This document shows, in pieces, positions 17,508 to 26,759 of a stretch of DNA of 64,000 nucleotides (positions are counted from its first letter, which is position 1; every line of letters begins with the position of its first letter). Under the pieces are notes generated by a model. That model did not search any database and was not told the origin of the DNA. It saw only the letters and a program-made list of their open reading frames with translations. Position numbers and translations under genes: made by a program. The stretch lies in the IMG/VR virus record IMGVR_UViG_3300031857_000029; one strand, written 5' to 3'. Source of the DNA: a virus.

Positions 17508-20500
17508 ATGAGCCATAGAATATTTGTAAATACCCAAAATGAAACATATAAAAGGGTCGTAAATAATTCCAAAGGATTTCAATTTGGGTTAGGTATACCT
17601 ACAGAATTAAGTGACGATGAGCGTATTGAACTACAACAATTGGCATACGAAATATATTTTAGTGCCGATGATTTACGGGAAAAGAAACGAAAAATACAAA
17701 TCATTTTTGACAGTTTCACCGACCCAAAGTTTTTCGGTGACGGTGCGGTTAAAATTGATAAAGTACAAAAATATATAAGTGACATAGAACTAGAAGTAGC
17801 AAGTGCTAGAGCTAATACTAATTTAACAAATACAGTAGCTACAGCAGGTGTAGTAGGGACTGGAGTTGCGGGAGCACTTGCACTTTCGGCCCCCGCGGGA
17901 GTTTTTGGGGTATCAACTGGTGCACTATTGGCAGGAACTACTGGTGCGTTGGGTATAGCAAGATTTCTTCTCCCATATGCAGGAGTTATATCTGGAATAG
18001 TGGCCGTAGCTAATATTCTAAAATCAAACGCACAGACAAATAGAGAAGATAATGCTGCGCCTTGGAAAATGACGCGCGCGGATTTCCCTAATATTACCGC
18101 ACAAGCAATTCAAAACTCATCTACTCGTCGGTCAATTGAACGATTATATGATGACCGAGGAGGAATTAAAACATTTGATGTTAGTACCCAAGAAGCTATT
18201 GCACTACTTATTCGTGAAAGTTTGGCTGATGCACTCTTCTGTACATCAACCCCAAATGGTACGGGTATAACATCACCAGAACATCCTGGTCCTGGTGGAA
18301 ATGGTAATGCAGAAAAGTGGGTAAATAAAGATGCATTAAAGCGTCACTTCCCATTTACACACGTAACATCTGGTGACGATAGATTAGAACGCACTTATGT
18401 TAATGGTTTAATATATCTTAAATCATATATTGAACTAATTGATAACATCTTAAATTTACAACAACAATCATTATCACGTTCACCTGACGTAGAACAAGCA
18501 TTAATTAATATTCCACTTCGTATTAGTTTATCTACTGCGAATGTTCAATTATTTAATGCACTTTCACAAACCGCTCGTCAAGTAGTTCGTGAAAAAGTAC
18601 TGACATTCTTTGATGAAAATAGAGAATATAAGACATTACTTAACTTCGGTAACGATAGACAATATGTTGCTGAGGCATGGCGTATCGCTCCAAAAGATAC
18701 TGGGTCTGTACAATTAAAACTTACCAGACCTCTTGATACGGATATTGCTACAGACACCCCTTCCTTTATCAGTAGAGAAATTGCAGAAACAGTAGTTGAT
18801 ATTGTTAATTTCGCATTAGGACCGCTACGAGACACTACCCCATACTTACGCCCATATAATATAGACTCCAGAAATTATATAGATGGTAAGATGTTTGCAA
18901 CCAACACGACTTTGACCAGTCTAGGTTTAGCAACAGGATCAGAAGGCGCAATAATTAATGGTACAACAATTTCATTTGACGATACGGTGTTCCGTCGTTG
19001 GTTTACCGGTGACTTCAAATCATCAGAACTTAATATTGAATTCACTGATTACAACAATTTTGTACATTTCGGGTCTGCCTATAAGAGACTTCAAGCATTC
19101 AACGAAAAGCTTATAAAGATTGATGAATTGACATCGGCAAGTATTTCGTCAAGTGTATCAAGTAGTACTATATCTCTAAAGTTTAAGGCAAGAGAAAAAG
19201 AAAATATTATCAGAAACTTTGACCCATACGAACAATTCTTGTATTACGCAACTGGGTCTACAGCTTATTCTGCTAGTGCGTTTTATGTAAACAACGAAGT
19301 AGAATATAATGCTACGGGATCGTGGCCAAAGCAAGTAGATGGAACACCATATAGTCCATATAGTACTATCGCTACAAACTGGTTGACGGCACAATCTGCT
19401 ATCGCTCAACGATACGACGATAATAATCCAAATTATCTTACACTGAACTTACCACGATATATCCGAGAAGATACAGATTCCACTGATTTCTTAACTTTAT
19501 TTGAAATGGTTGGTCACTTAGTAGATAATATCAAGGTATACATCGATCAATTTCCAAATATTTATTCAACGAATATCAATCCATTAGAAGAATTGTCGAT
19601 GGACCAAGTATATGAAGTTGCACAATCATTTGGGTTGAAGCTACCTAATGTGTACGCACTTGAAAATCTACAAACATTCAATGCACAGTTTGCTGGTGAA
19701 AGTGGGTCACGGTCCTATGTGGCAGAAACCTGGAAGCGATTCCTTCACAGTATGGTGTACTTTAACAAAACAAAGGGGTCACGCACCTCATTTGATGCGT
19801 TGCTAAACACATATGGTATTAACTCGCCAGTTCTACAAATTAAAGAAACTACAAGTCCATCGGCTGGAAATTATATCCGCTCTGACGAATTAACATATGG
19901 ATTGACATTTACTGGGTCTGTTGATAATTTTATTAGAGTACCGTTTGTATCATCATCACTAACGGCCTCAAGTGTTCAATTATCATTTAATCCAACACTT
20001 CGTCGTAGTTCTTCATTAGTTACTGCAACAAATTGGGCAATTGATTTAGTACCACATCCATCTGCGTCTAAGTTAGACTATGGAAGAATTCACGTAGTCA
20101 GTGGGTCTGGTCGCACCATTATAGCAACCAGTAGTTACTTTCCACTCTTTAGTGATGACTATACCAACTTGATGTTACGCAGTCAATCAAGTGATATTTC
20201 AATTATTCAAACTGATGGTGACCAAATTCTGTTCCAAGAATCTGTTACCGCAAGTTTAGGATTACTATGGAACAGTACTACTTTCATTCATGTTGGTGGC
20301 TCGGGGTCAACCCAACTTGATAATCAGTTTGATGGCGTTGTAGATGAAGTGCGTGTGTGGGGAGAAAACATCTCAAATGATGATTTTGTATCACAAGCAT
20401 ACGATCCAGGTTCATATTACGGAGCAAACTATACCTCGTCATACACAAGTCTGTATATCCACCTCCCGTTTAGTCAACCACTGTCATCAATTACTTCGTC

Positions 20501-22394
20501 GGTAACAAATGAGAGTCCTTATCAAAACGTATCTATTGTAGCAACATTACCTGCTAACGGATTCACTACGGCATCATTTACGAGAGTACTAAGAAGTATT
20601 AAGCAATTTACACCAATTGTAGGGTCTACTATTTACACAAATAAGAAGGTAGTGGTCGCAGACCCACCAGTATTCAACCAGCAATTTGTTGATGAAAATG
20701 ATACAAAGATATTAAGTAGATTAACAAGTATTAAGCAAATAGAAGAAAAACAATATAATAGTGGTCAAAATGTAGTATCGTTTGCGGTATCTCCAACGGA
20801 CTTTATTAATCAAAACATTATTCGGTCAATGGGTGTGGTTGATGTTAATAATATCATTGGTAGTCCACGCTATATTACGGGATCTGGCTATTCAAACTTA
20901 GAATCCATAAGAAAGGATTATATTGAATATTTCAATCAAACAGTAAAGCCAAATGATTTTATCCGTTTCTTTAAGGACTTAACACAAGGTCCAAGTGAAA
21001 TGGCAGATGAGATGAGCCCGGCCCGTGCTAAGTTATTGGACGGTATAGTAATAGAATCGCCTGTATTATCTCGCAATAAAGACACATTGGTGCGCTCTAT
21101 CACGGTTAATGGTACGGCAACTAAAAAGTTTGAAGCATATGCTTCTGGGTCTGGTTCATCGTGGGATAGTATAACTACCGTAGGGGCATACTCTTTCTTA
21201 GATTCCGATGAATATATAAAACCACTTCCTGTACCGTTTGCGGATACATTGCCTATTACCGCAATTCTTCCAATGTCAAGTAGTATTGATATTAAGGAAA
21301 GTACTAAATCGACCAAATTACCTCCATTTCAGCGTGTAGTACAAAAAGTTGGTAATGATTATGTAACATCATCATTTTTAGACCAAAATAGTTCATTTGC
21401 TACACTGGAAGCATTACCAATAGATACAGAAACATCTGTAGGTACAACTGGTTCTGGATATCCTAGAAATCCGTTTGTCGGTATTCCAGCATCGGGAAGT
21501 CTTCCAAGAAGGTTCCCAAGTGAAGAAGGAACATTAATTCCGTTCTACGATATACCACCTCGTTCAGACTTTAAAGATGTGGGATCATTTAGTTATTTCC
21601 ATAAACAAAATGGTGTATATTCGTATGATATTTACACCTTGTATAAAAAACCGTATATAGTTAAATTTGATGATGGGACACTAGGTCAAATCAACTTAGA
21701 CTCACCAACAGAGCGTGAACTCTCTCCGTTAACATTAGTAGAAACGGGGTCGTTACCAGAAGAATATGGAAGAAATGCAACATTCATATCTACCGCTAGT
21801 TATGCCGGTGGAGAACAAGTTGTTGGAAGTATACTTATTGCTAATTTATTTACACTATATGGATTAAATGGGCCTACGGGATTACGCTTACGCTTATATA
21901 ATGACCAAACCAAACAATCTCTTGATTCCACAAGAGATTTCTATACATTACCTACAGGAAGTCACGGCGTATTATTTGATGGATTATTAGCTGGGTCAGC
22001 CGATGTGTTTCCATATGTTATGGCCCAAACTACTAATTCAATAATTTACTATACAATAGATAATTTAACAGCAAGTCCAATAAGTTCTTCGATAATATTC
22101 AATTATTTCGCATACGACCCCGATAATTTATATCCACGCGGATACTTACCAAGACATTATAAATTTAGTAGAGATAATGGAACTTCTATTAAGAGAAGAA
22201 ACTATTTGGGTTGTAGAAGTGTGAATAAAACATTTGACGGACAATCACCATTTACAGTGTCTATTTCGACAGAAAATACAGTTGTAGTAAATACCTTTGC
22301 AACTCAAGCGGCCGCTGGCACGGGAACAGTTAAAATTCCTACCGAAAATCCTGGAATTAGATTTGGGGGTAGAGGTCGGTTAGGCGTCGAATAA
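17508..22394 (+). CDS. Large baseplate protein with LamG/concanavalin-like domain
   Basis: 1628 aa; KTKGS...LL..YG wedge-like motif; FDGVVDEVRVW LamG signature. Confidence 0.6.
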   Translation: MSHRIFVNTQNETYKRVVNNSKGFQFGLGIPTELSDDERIELQQLAYEIYFSADDLREKKRKIQIIFDSFTDPKFFGDGAVKIDKVQKYISDIELEVASARANTNLTNTVATAGVVGTGVAGALALSAPAGVFGVSTGALLAGTTGALGIARFLLPYAGVISGIVAVANILKSNAQTNREDNAAPWKMTRADFPNITAQAIQNSSTRRSIERLYDDRGGIKTFDVSTQEAIALLIRESLADALFCTSTPNGTGITSPEHPGPGGNGNAEKWVNKDALKRHFPFTHVTSGDDRLERTYVNGLIYLKSYIELIDNILNLQQQSLSRSPDVEQALINIPLRISLSTANVQLFNALSQTARQVVREKVLTFFDENREYKTLLNFGNDRQYVAEAWRIAPKDTGSVQLKLTRPLDTDIATDTPSFISREIAETVVDIVNFALGPLRDTTPYLRPYNIDSRNYIDGKMFATNTTLTSLGLATGSEGAIINGTTISFDDTVFRRWFTGDFKSSELNIEFTDYNNFVHFGSAYKRLQAFNEKLIKIDELTSASISSSVSSSTISLKFKAREKENIIRNFDPYEQFLYYATGSTAYSASAFYVNNEVEYNATGSWPKQVDGTPYSPYSTIATNWLTAQSAIAQRYDDNNPNYLTLNLPRYIREDTDSTDFLTLFEMVGHLVDNIKVYIDQFPNIYSTNINPLEELSMDQVYEVAQSFGLKLPNVYALENLQTFNAQFAGESGSRSYVAETWKRFLHSMVYFNKTKGSRTSFDALLNTYGINSPVLQIKETTSPSAGNYIRSDELTYGLTFTGSVDNFIRVPFVSSSLTASSVQLSFNPTLRRSSSLVTATNWAIDLVPHPSASKLDYGRIHVVSGSGRTIIATSSYFPLFSDDYTNLMLRSQSSDISIIQTDGDQILFQESVTASLGLLWNSTTFIHVGGSGSTQLDNQFDGVVDEVRVWGENISNDDFVSQAYDPGSYYGANYTSSYTSLYIHLPFSQPLSSITSSVTNESPYQNVSIVATLPANGFTTASFTRVLRSIKQFTPIVGSTIYTNKKVVVADPPVFNQQFVDENDTKILSRLTSIKQIEEKQYNSGQNVVSFAVSPTDFINQNIIRSMGVVDVNNIIGSPRYITGSGYSNLESIRKDYIEYFNQTVKPNDFIRFFKDLTQGPSEMADEMSPARAKLLDGIVIESPVLSRNKDTLVRSITVNGTATKKFEAYASGSGSSWDSITTVGAYSFLDSDEYIKPLPVPFADTLPITAILPMSSSIDIKESTKSTKLPPFQRVVQKVGNDYVTSSFLDQNSSFATLEALPIDTETSVGTTGSGYPRNPFVGIPASGSLPRRFPSEEGTLIPFYDIPPRSDFKDVGSFSYFHKQNGVYSYDIYTLYKKPYIVKFDDGTLGQINLDSPTERELSPLTLVETGSLPEEYGRNATFISTASYAGGEQVVGSILIANLFTLYGLNGPTGLRLRLYNDQTKQSLDSTRDFYTLPTGSHGVLFDGLLAGSADVFPYVMAQTTNSIIYYTIDNLTASPISSSIIFNYFAYDPDNLYPRGYLPRHYKFSRDNGTSIKRRNYLGCRSVNKTFDGQSPFTVSISTENTVVVNTFATQAAAGTGTVKIPTENPGIRFGGRGRLGVE

Positions 22395-22417
22395 TGGATT
22401 TAAATTAAAATACTTTA

Positions 22418-22425
22418 TACTTATA
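22418..22425 (+). promoter_or_regulatory. Putative late promoter TACTTATA
   Basis: Recurrent intergenic motif. Confidence 0.55.
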
Positions 22426-22457
22426 TTAGTTGTACTTCACTCAGGAGAATTTAGACT

Positions 22458-23117
22458 ATGGGATACCTAGACAAATCCACAATTACCGTGGACGCTATTT
22501 TAACCAATCGTGGTCGGGAGCTTTTGTCGCAAGGCACCGGCACGGGTAATTTTCAAATTACCAAGTTCGCAGTTTCAGATGACGAAGTAGATTACGGTCT
22601 TTATAATACCGCTCATCCACTTGGGTCAAACTATTATGGGTCTATTATTGAAAATATGCCTGTATTAGAAGCAACTCCTGATGAAACTCAAATCATGCGC
22701 TACAAGTTGGTCAGTATTACTGGTGAAGACTTAACCCGTTTTGGTAGTATTGTTATCCCACAAATTCAAATCCAAGGTACAGCAATTCCTTCAAACGGAA
22801 TCGTAAGTCTTTATTTTAGTCCAACCTCTGGACAAACTACTATTACTATACGACCAACCACAACATTCACATCTACGGTATCAGAAACGGAAAGTAGTTA
22901 CACATTACTTTTAGCAGACAGTACATTAGCGACAGTAGAAGTAAAAACTCCTGCAACAGGTGTAATACAAGCAAATAACCGTGGTTCCATATCAGCAAAT
23001 GGATTAGAATTTACTATAACCGCTCTCAATAAGACCGGTTCAACCTCAGTAACTATCTTTGGTGGAACCTCTGGGGCTGTGTATAACTTTACGCTGTCCA
23101 CCAACGCTTCCGCATAA
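22458..23117 (+). CDS. Baseplate/tail-fibre attachment protein
   Basis: DAILT..GRELL...F.ITKFA.SD motif. Confidence 0.6.
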   Translation: MGYLDKSTITVDAILTNRGRELLSQGTGTGNFQITKFAVSDDEVDYGLYNTAHPLGSNYYGSIIENMPVLEATPDETQIMRYKLVSITGEDLTRFGSIVIPQIQIQGTAIPSNGIVSLYFSPTSGQTTITIRPTTTFTSTVSETESSYTLLLADSTLATVEVKTPATGVIQANNRGSISANGLEFTITALNKTGSTSVTIFGGTSGAVYNFTLSTNASA

Positions 23118-23137
23118 TCAACCCCTAGGAATATCTT

Positions 23138-24196
23138 ATGGCATATAATATCTTTACACAACTTAGTCAAAATGATGATATTACATCACTCGGTGGTACC
23201 GAAGTTACCACGGGGATGTGGTCGGGAGACACAGGAAGTCTTTCTACATTCTTCACCTCTAGTACACAAGTAGCAACCTCTGGTGAATTCTACTACGACG
23301 TATTTAATCTAAACCCGAATGCAGGCGGTAGTGACTCCGCAGAAGCACAATTTGCAGTTGCATATGGACATGTAAGTGGAAGTGGTTCTCCACCACTCAG
23401 TACATTAGATACATCCACGTTACCAACACAAGTAATTTATGCACAGTATCGTAATATTTTGTTGAATAAAGATACCGAATTATTCACATTCGACCAAACA
23501 ACATCAAACGATATTTATGTCATCAATATACAACGCTCAAGACTTCGCCAAGCAATTGACCCTGGCAACTGGCAATTAAACCTTTCTGGTTCAACTGGCA
23601 AAAGTACTTTTATTGATGATAGTGGACTTAGTACCGCAGTACAAGGTAATCTAGTTGCAAACAATGTATACAATATTCGATCTGGTACTATTGATGATGG
23701 ATTTGCAACGGGTAACTCTACAGTATACGGACTCGCGTTCCCAGATTACGGAGTAATTATTCTCCATCCACCGGCAATTAGATCGGCAGTAGGATTTGTT
23801 GCTCCCGCAAATAACGGTAGAACATTAACGGCACTTCCATTCGCACCATACACAGGAAGTGGGATTACTACTTATCAAAATGACCACGAAGGTTTGTTGC
23901 GTTCAATAAAGTTGGGTGGAGATTTCCAAGCTCGTTCGGCTGAAACAATTACATCAACCAACTATTTCATTCGTTTAAGAAATACTCAGTACAATTTTTC
24001 AAATAACCCAACATACTTCACTGGTTCAAACCCACAAAATGTATTAGAACCATTCCGTGTCAAACCAATTTCATACGTAACCACCATTGGTTTGTATAAT
24101 GATTCAAACGAATTGTTGGCAGTAGCAAAACTCAGTAGACCAGTCCAAAAGAGTACCGATAAGGAAGCATTAGTTCGCGTTCGCTTAGATTACTAA
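23138..24196 (+). CDS. Baseplate/tail-collar-like protein
   Basis: C-terminal YVTTIGLYN..NELLAVAKLSRP. Confidence 0.6.
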   Translation: MAYNIFTQLSQNDDITSLGGTEVTTGMWSGDTGSLSTFFTSSTQVATSGEFYYDVFNLNPNAGGSDSAEAQFAVAYGHVSGSGSPPLSTLDTSTLPTQVIYAQYRNILLNKDTELFTFDQTTSNDIYVINIQRSRLRQAIDPGNWQLNLSGSTGKSTFIDDSGLSTAVQGNLVANNVYNIRSGTIDDGFATGNSTVYGLAFPDYGVIILHPPAIRSAVGFVAPANNGRTLTALPFAPYTGSGITTYQNDHEGLLRSIKLGGDFQARSAETITSTNYFIRLRNTQYNFSNNPTYFTGSNPQNVLEPFRVKPISYVTTIGLYNDSNELLAVAKLSRPVQKSTDKEALVRVRLDY

Positions 24197-24217
24197 GTCG
24201 TACAGGATGGATAACCC

Positions 24218-25045
24218 ATGACCATACCTGTTACTGCGTATAAATCTCTATCACCGAACGAATATACAATAACTCCGTTTCGGACGTATGCTTCACATGT
24301 ATACACATATGTGTCTGGGTCTACGAACAATTCTGTAGATGTTCAGGTTTCATTAGGTATTAAATTTGACACGGCATCCCAAGGATTGCGTGTAGAAGAT
24401 GACAAGTATGAATTGTTTGATTCAATTGTACAAACATTCTACTCATCAATTCCATATGCATCGTATGGTATACAATCATCATCGTATCACCCAACAGGTT
24501 CTGTGTTTGTTATAAGTGCAACACAAGATATATTTGGTGAAGAAGTAAAACCAGGCACATTTACTGTACAAGTAGGTACATCATCTTCTATCGATGATGG
24601 ATATGGTAACTTAATCGTATCAGAATCGGGTACAGGCTCTAAGATTGGTCGTATTTTCTACGACAAGGGCATCGCCATCATCAAACCAATATCAAGTATT
24701 GCTGGTGGCGGATTAACTAAAAATGGTATTTGTATTGTTAGTGGAACAAATGTTCAAGTGCAACTTACTTCGTCTGTCAAATTATTTGAACATAATATTC
24801 GGGTGAAACTAAACCCAACCGATTTCTTATATTCAGTATATAATCCGTCGGCAAACAAGAATATGTTTACGGGGTCATTTAGTACCCCACTAGAATTGAT
24901 GACATCACAAAGTCTATATCCATATATTACGACAATCGGTTTATATAATCCAGATAACGAGTTAGTCGCAGTTGCAAAAGTATCAAATCCAATTCAACGA
25001 ACCGATTATTCCGTTCAAACATTTGTTGTCAAATTTGACACCTGA
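24218..25045 (+). CDS. Baseplate/tail-collar-like protein, paralogue of the upstream gene
   Basis: C-terminal YITTIGLYN..NELVAVAKVSNP; shared DDG.G and G.I/AF/YD.G..I motifs. Confidence 0.6.
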   Translation: MTIPVTAYKSLSPNEYTITPFRTYASHVYTYVSGSTNNSVDVQVSLGIKFDTASQGLRVEDDKYELFDSIVQTFYSSIPYASYGIQSSSYHPTGSVFVISATQDIFGEEVKPGTFTVQVGTSSSIDDGYGNLIVSESGTGSKIGRIFYDKGIAIIKPISSIAGGGLTKNGICIVSGTNVQVQLTSSVKLFEHNIRVKLNPTDFLYSVYNPSANKNMFTGSFSTPLELMTSQSLYPYITTIGLYNPDNELVAVAKVSNPIQRTDYSVQTFVVKFDT

Positions 25046-25053
25046 GGATTCTT

Positions 25054-25434
25054 ATGGCACTCAAAGATATTTATGATAACTGGGCGTTTAAACCACTAGC
25101 CGGAGTAGGCGCAGCGGGTAATCCACGCACTCAGTCAGAAGGTAAGTTTTCAGTAGATTTTTTACAAAACACTTATCAAAATGAAGTAGCAAATCGTACA
25201 CCTGGTGATAAGGTGGTAACACAAGCAACCGCAGACAATGCAACTGTTGGAGAATTTAATACCGCCGCATTGGGGTATTATTCAACATTAGTTAATAGTC
25301 CGCTTAAAGCATATAAGTCCAGAGTTATTCACAAATATAACTCAGCCACAAACAAAACATTTTTGGATTCAACACAAATAAAGAATACTCCAGGTGCACT
25401 ATACATTAGTCCCGAAGTATCCGCAGCAGAATAA
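25054..25434 (+). CDS. Hypothetical protein
   Basis: SD GAGGA; 126 aa. Confidence 0.7.
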   Translation: MALKDIYDNWAFKPLAGVGAAGNPRTQSEGKFSVDFLQNTYQNEVANRTPGDKVVTQATADNATVGEFNTAALGYYSTLVNSPLKAYKSRVIHKYNSATNKTFLDSTQIKNTPGALYISPEVSAAE

Positions 25435-25453
25435 TTAAAATAAAGAGGTTATT

Positions 25454-25804
25454 ATGAAGCCACGTTCGGCTAAAAACAAAGGTAAACGGTTACAAAATGC
25501 TATACGAGATATGATTTTGGAAAACTTCACACAGCTGGAACCAGATGATGTGGTTTCAACTTTGATGGGTGATAGTGGAACAGATATTAAGTTGTCACCT
25601 GCGGCGCGGAAGCTATTTCCTTACTCTCCAGAGTGCAAGAACCAAGAAAAGATGAACATCTGGTCATCTCTGGAACAAGCAGAAACGAATACGAAAGAAG
25701 GAACGACTCCCGTTCTGTTCTTTAAGAGAAACAATACGCCAGTGTACGCGGTTATTCCCGCAGAACACTTTTTTCAATTGGTAAATAAAAAGACAGTTGA
25801 ATAA
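25454..25804 (+). CDS. Holliday-junction resolvase-like PD-(D/E)XK nuclease
   Basis: SAK.KG..LQ, G.DI, ECKN, QA, P.LFFKRN. Confidence 0.75.
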   Translation: MKPRSAKNKGKRLQNAIRDMILENFTQLEPDDVVSTLMGDSGTDIKLSPAARKLFPYSPECKNQEKMNIWSSLEQAETNTKEGTTPVLFFKRNNTPVYAVIPAEHFFQLVNKKTVE

Positions 25805-25812
25805 AAAATAAC

Positions 25813-25841
25813 TTGACAACTTACTAAAGAGGGGTTAGATT
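25813..25841 (+). promoter_or_regulatory. Sigma70-type promoter, probably giving a leaderless primase mRNA
   Basis: TTGACA-17 nt-TAGATT, ATG 6 nt after the -10 box. Confidence 0.6.
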
Positions 25842-25847
25842 TGTAGT

Positions 25848-26759
25848 ATGAATCTAATCTCTCTTTTGTCGCAAATATTAGGTGATTTTAAACAGTTTGG
25901 AAATGGTGAGCACTATTTCCAATGTCCGTTTTGCCATAATCATAAGAGAAAGTTCGCTGTCAATTTATTAAAAAATGTTTTTCATTGTTGGCATTGTGGG
26001 GCTAAGGGTCGTTCTTTAATAACATTATTTAAGAGATTGGACGTATCCCCGTCCCAGATGAAGGAACTACGGTCACTATTGTCCGATGACCAAGTTCGCA
26101 ATTACAAAGAAACAGAAGATGAAGTAACCGACCTACATCTTCCGCCGGGGTATAAACCACTCTGGATTCCAACCAAGAGTCTCCAGTATAAGCACGCTCT
26201 CCGATATTTAACGAAGAGAGGAATCACAGGATATGATATTATCCGTTATCAAATGGGGTATACGATTGATGGTCCTTATGCCAATCGGATTATTATTCCT
26301 TCATATGACCAGAATAACAAGCTAAACTATTTCATCGCCCGTAGTTTCTATGATGACGGAATGAAGTATAAGAATCCACCAGTTTCGAAGAATGTGGTGA
26401 TGTTCGAGAACCAAATAAACTGGAAGATGCCTTTGGTATTGTGTGAAGGTGTGTTCGATGCTATCGCAATTCGTCGAAACGCCGTACCTCTTTTGGGTAA
26501 GTTCATACCCAAAAAGCTGTTGAAGGAAATGGTCAAGAACAAAGTGAAAGATGTGTATGTCGTATTGGATGATGATGCGCTAAATGACGCACGAGAAATA
26601 GAACAAACGCTGAATGCATATGAAATGAATGTCAAGTTAGTAAACCTTGACAAGAAAGACCCTTCGGAGTTAGGTTTCAAAGATACATGGGAATGTATTG
26701 AACGAGGAACCGCAACAACCTTTAAAGACTATATTGGTGGCAGGTTACAAAATCTATGA
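25848..26759 (+). CDS. DNA primase (zinc finger plus TOPRIM)
   Basis: CPFC...HCWHC, YL..RG, RIIIP, KY.NP, CEGVFDA, LDDDA, KDP. Confidence 0.9.
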   Translation: MNLISLLSQILGDFKQFGNGEHYFQCPFCHNHKRKFAVNLLKNVFHCWHCGAKGRSLITLFKRLDVSPSQMKELRSLLSDDQVRNYKETEDEVTDLHLPPGYKPLWIPTKSLQYKHALRYLTKRGITGYDIIRYQMGYTIDGPYANRIIIPSYDQNNKLNYFIARSFYDDGMKYKNPPVSKNVVMFENQINWKMPLVLCEGVFDAIAIRRNAVPLLGKFIPKKLLKEMVKNKVKDVYVVLDDDALNDAREIEQTLNAYEMNVKLVNLDKKDPSELGFKDTWECIERGTATTFKDYIGGRLQNL

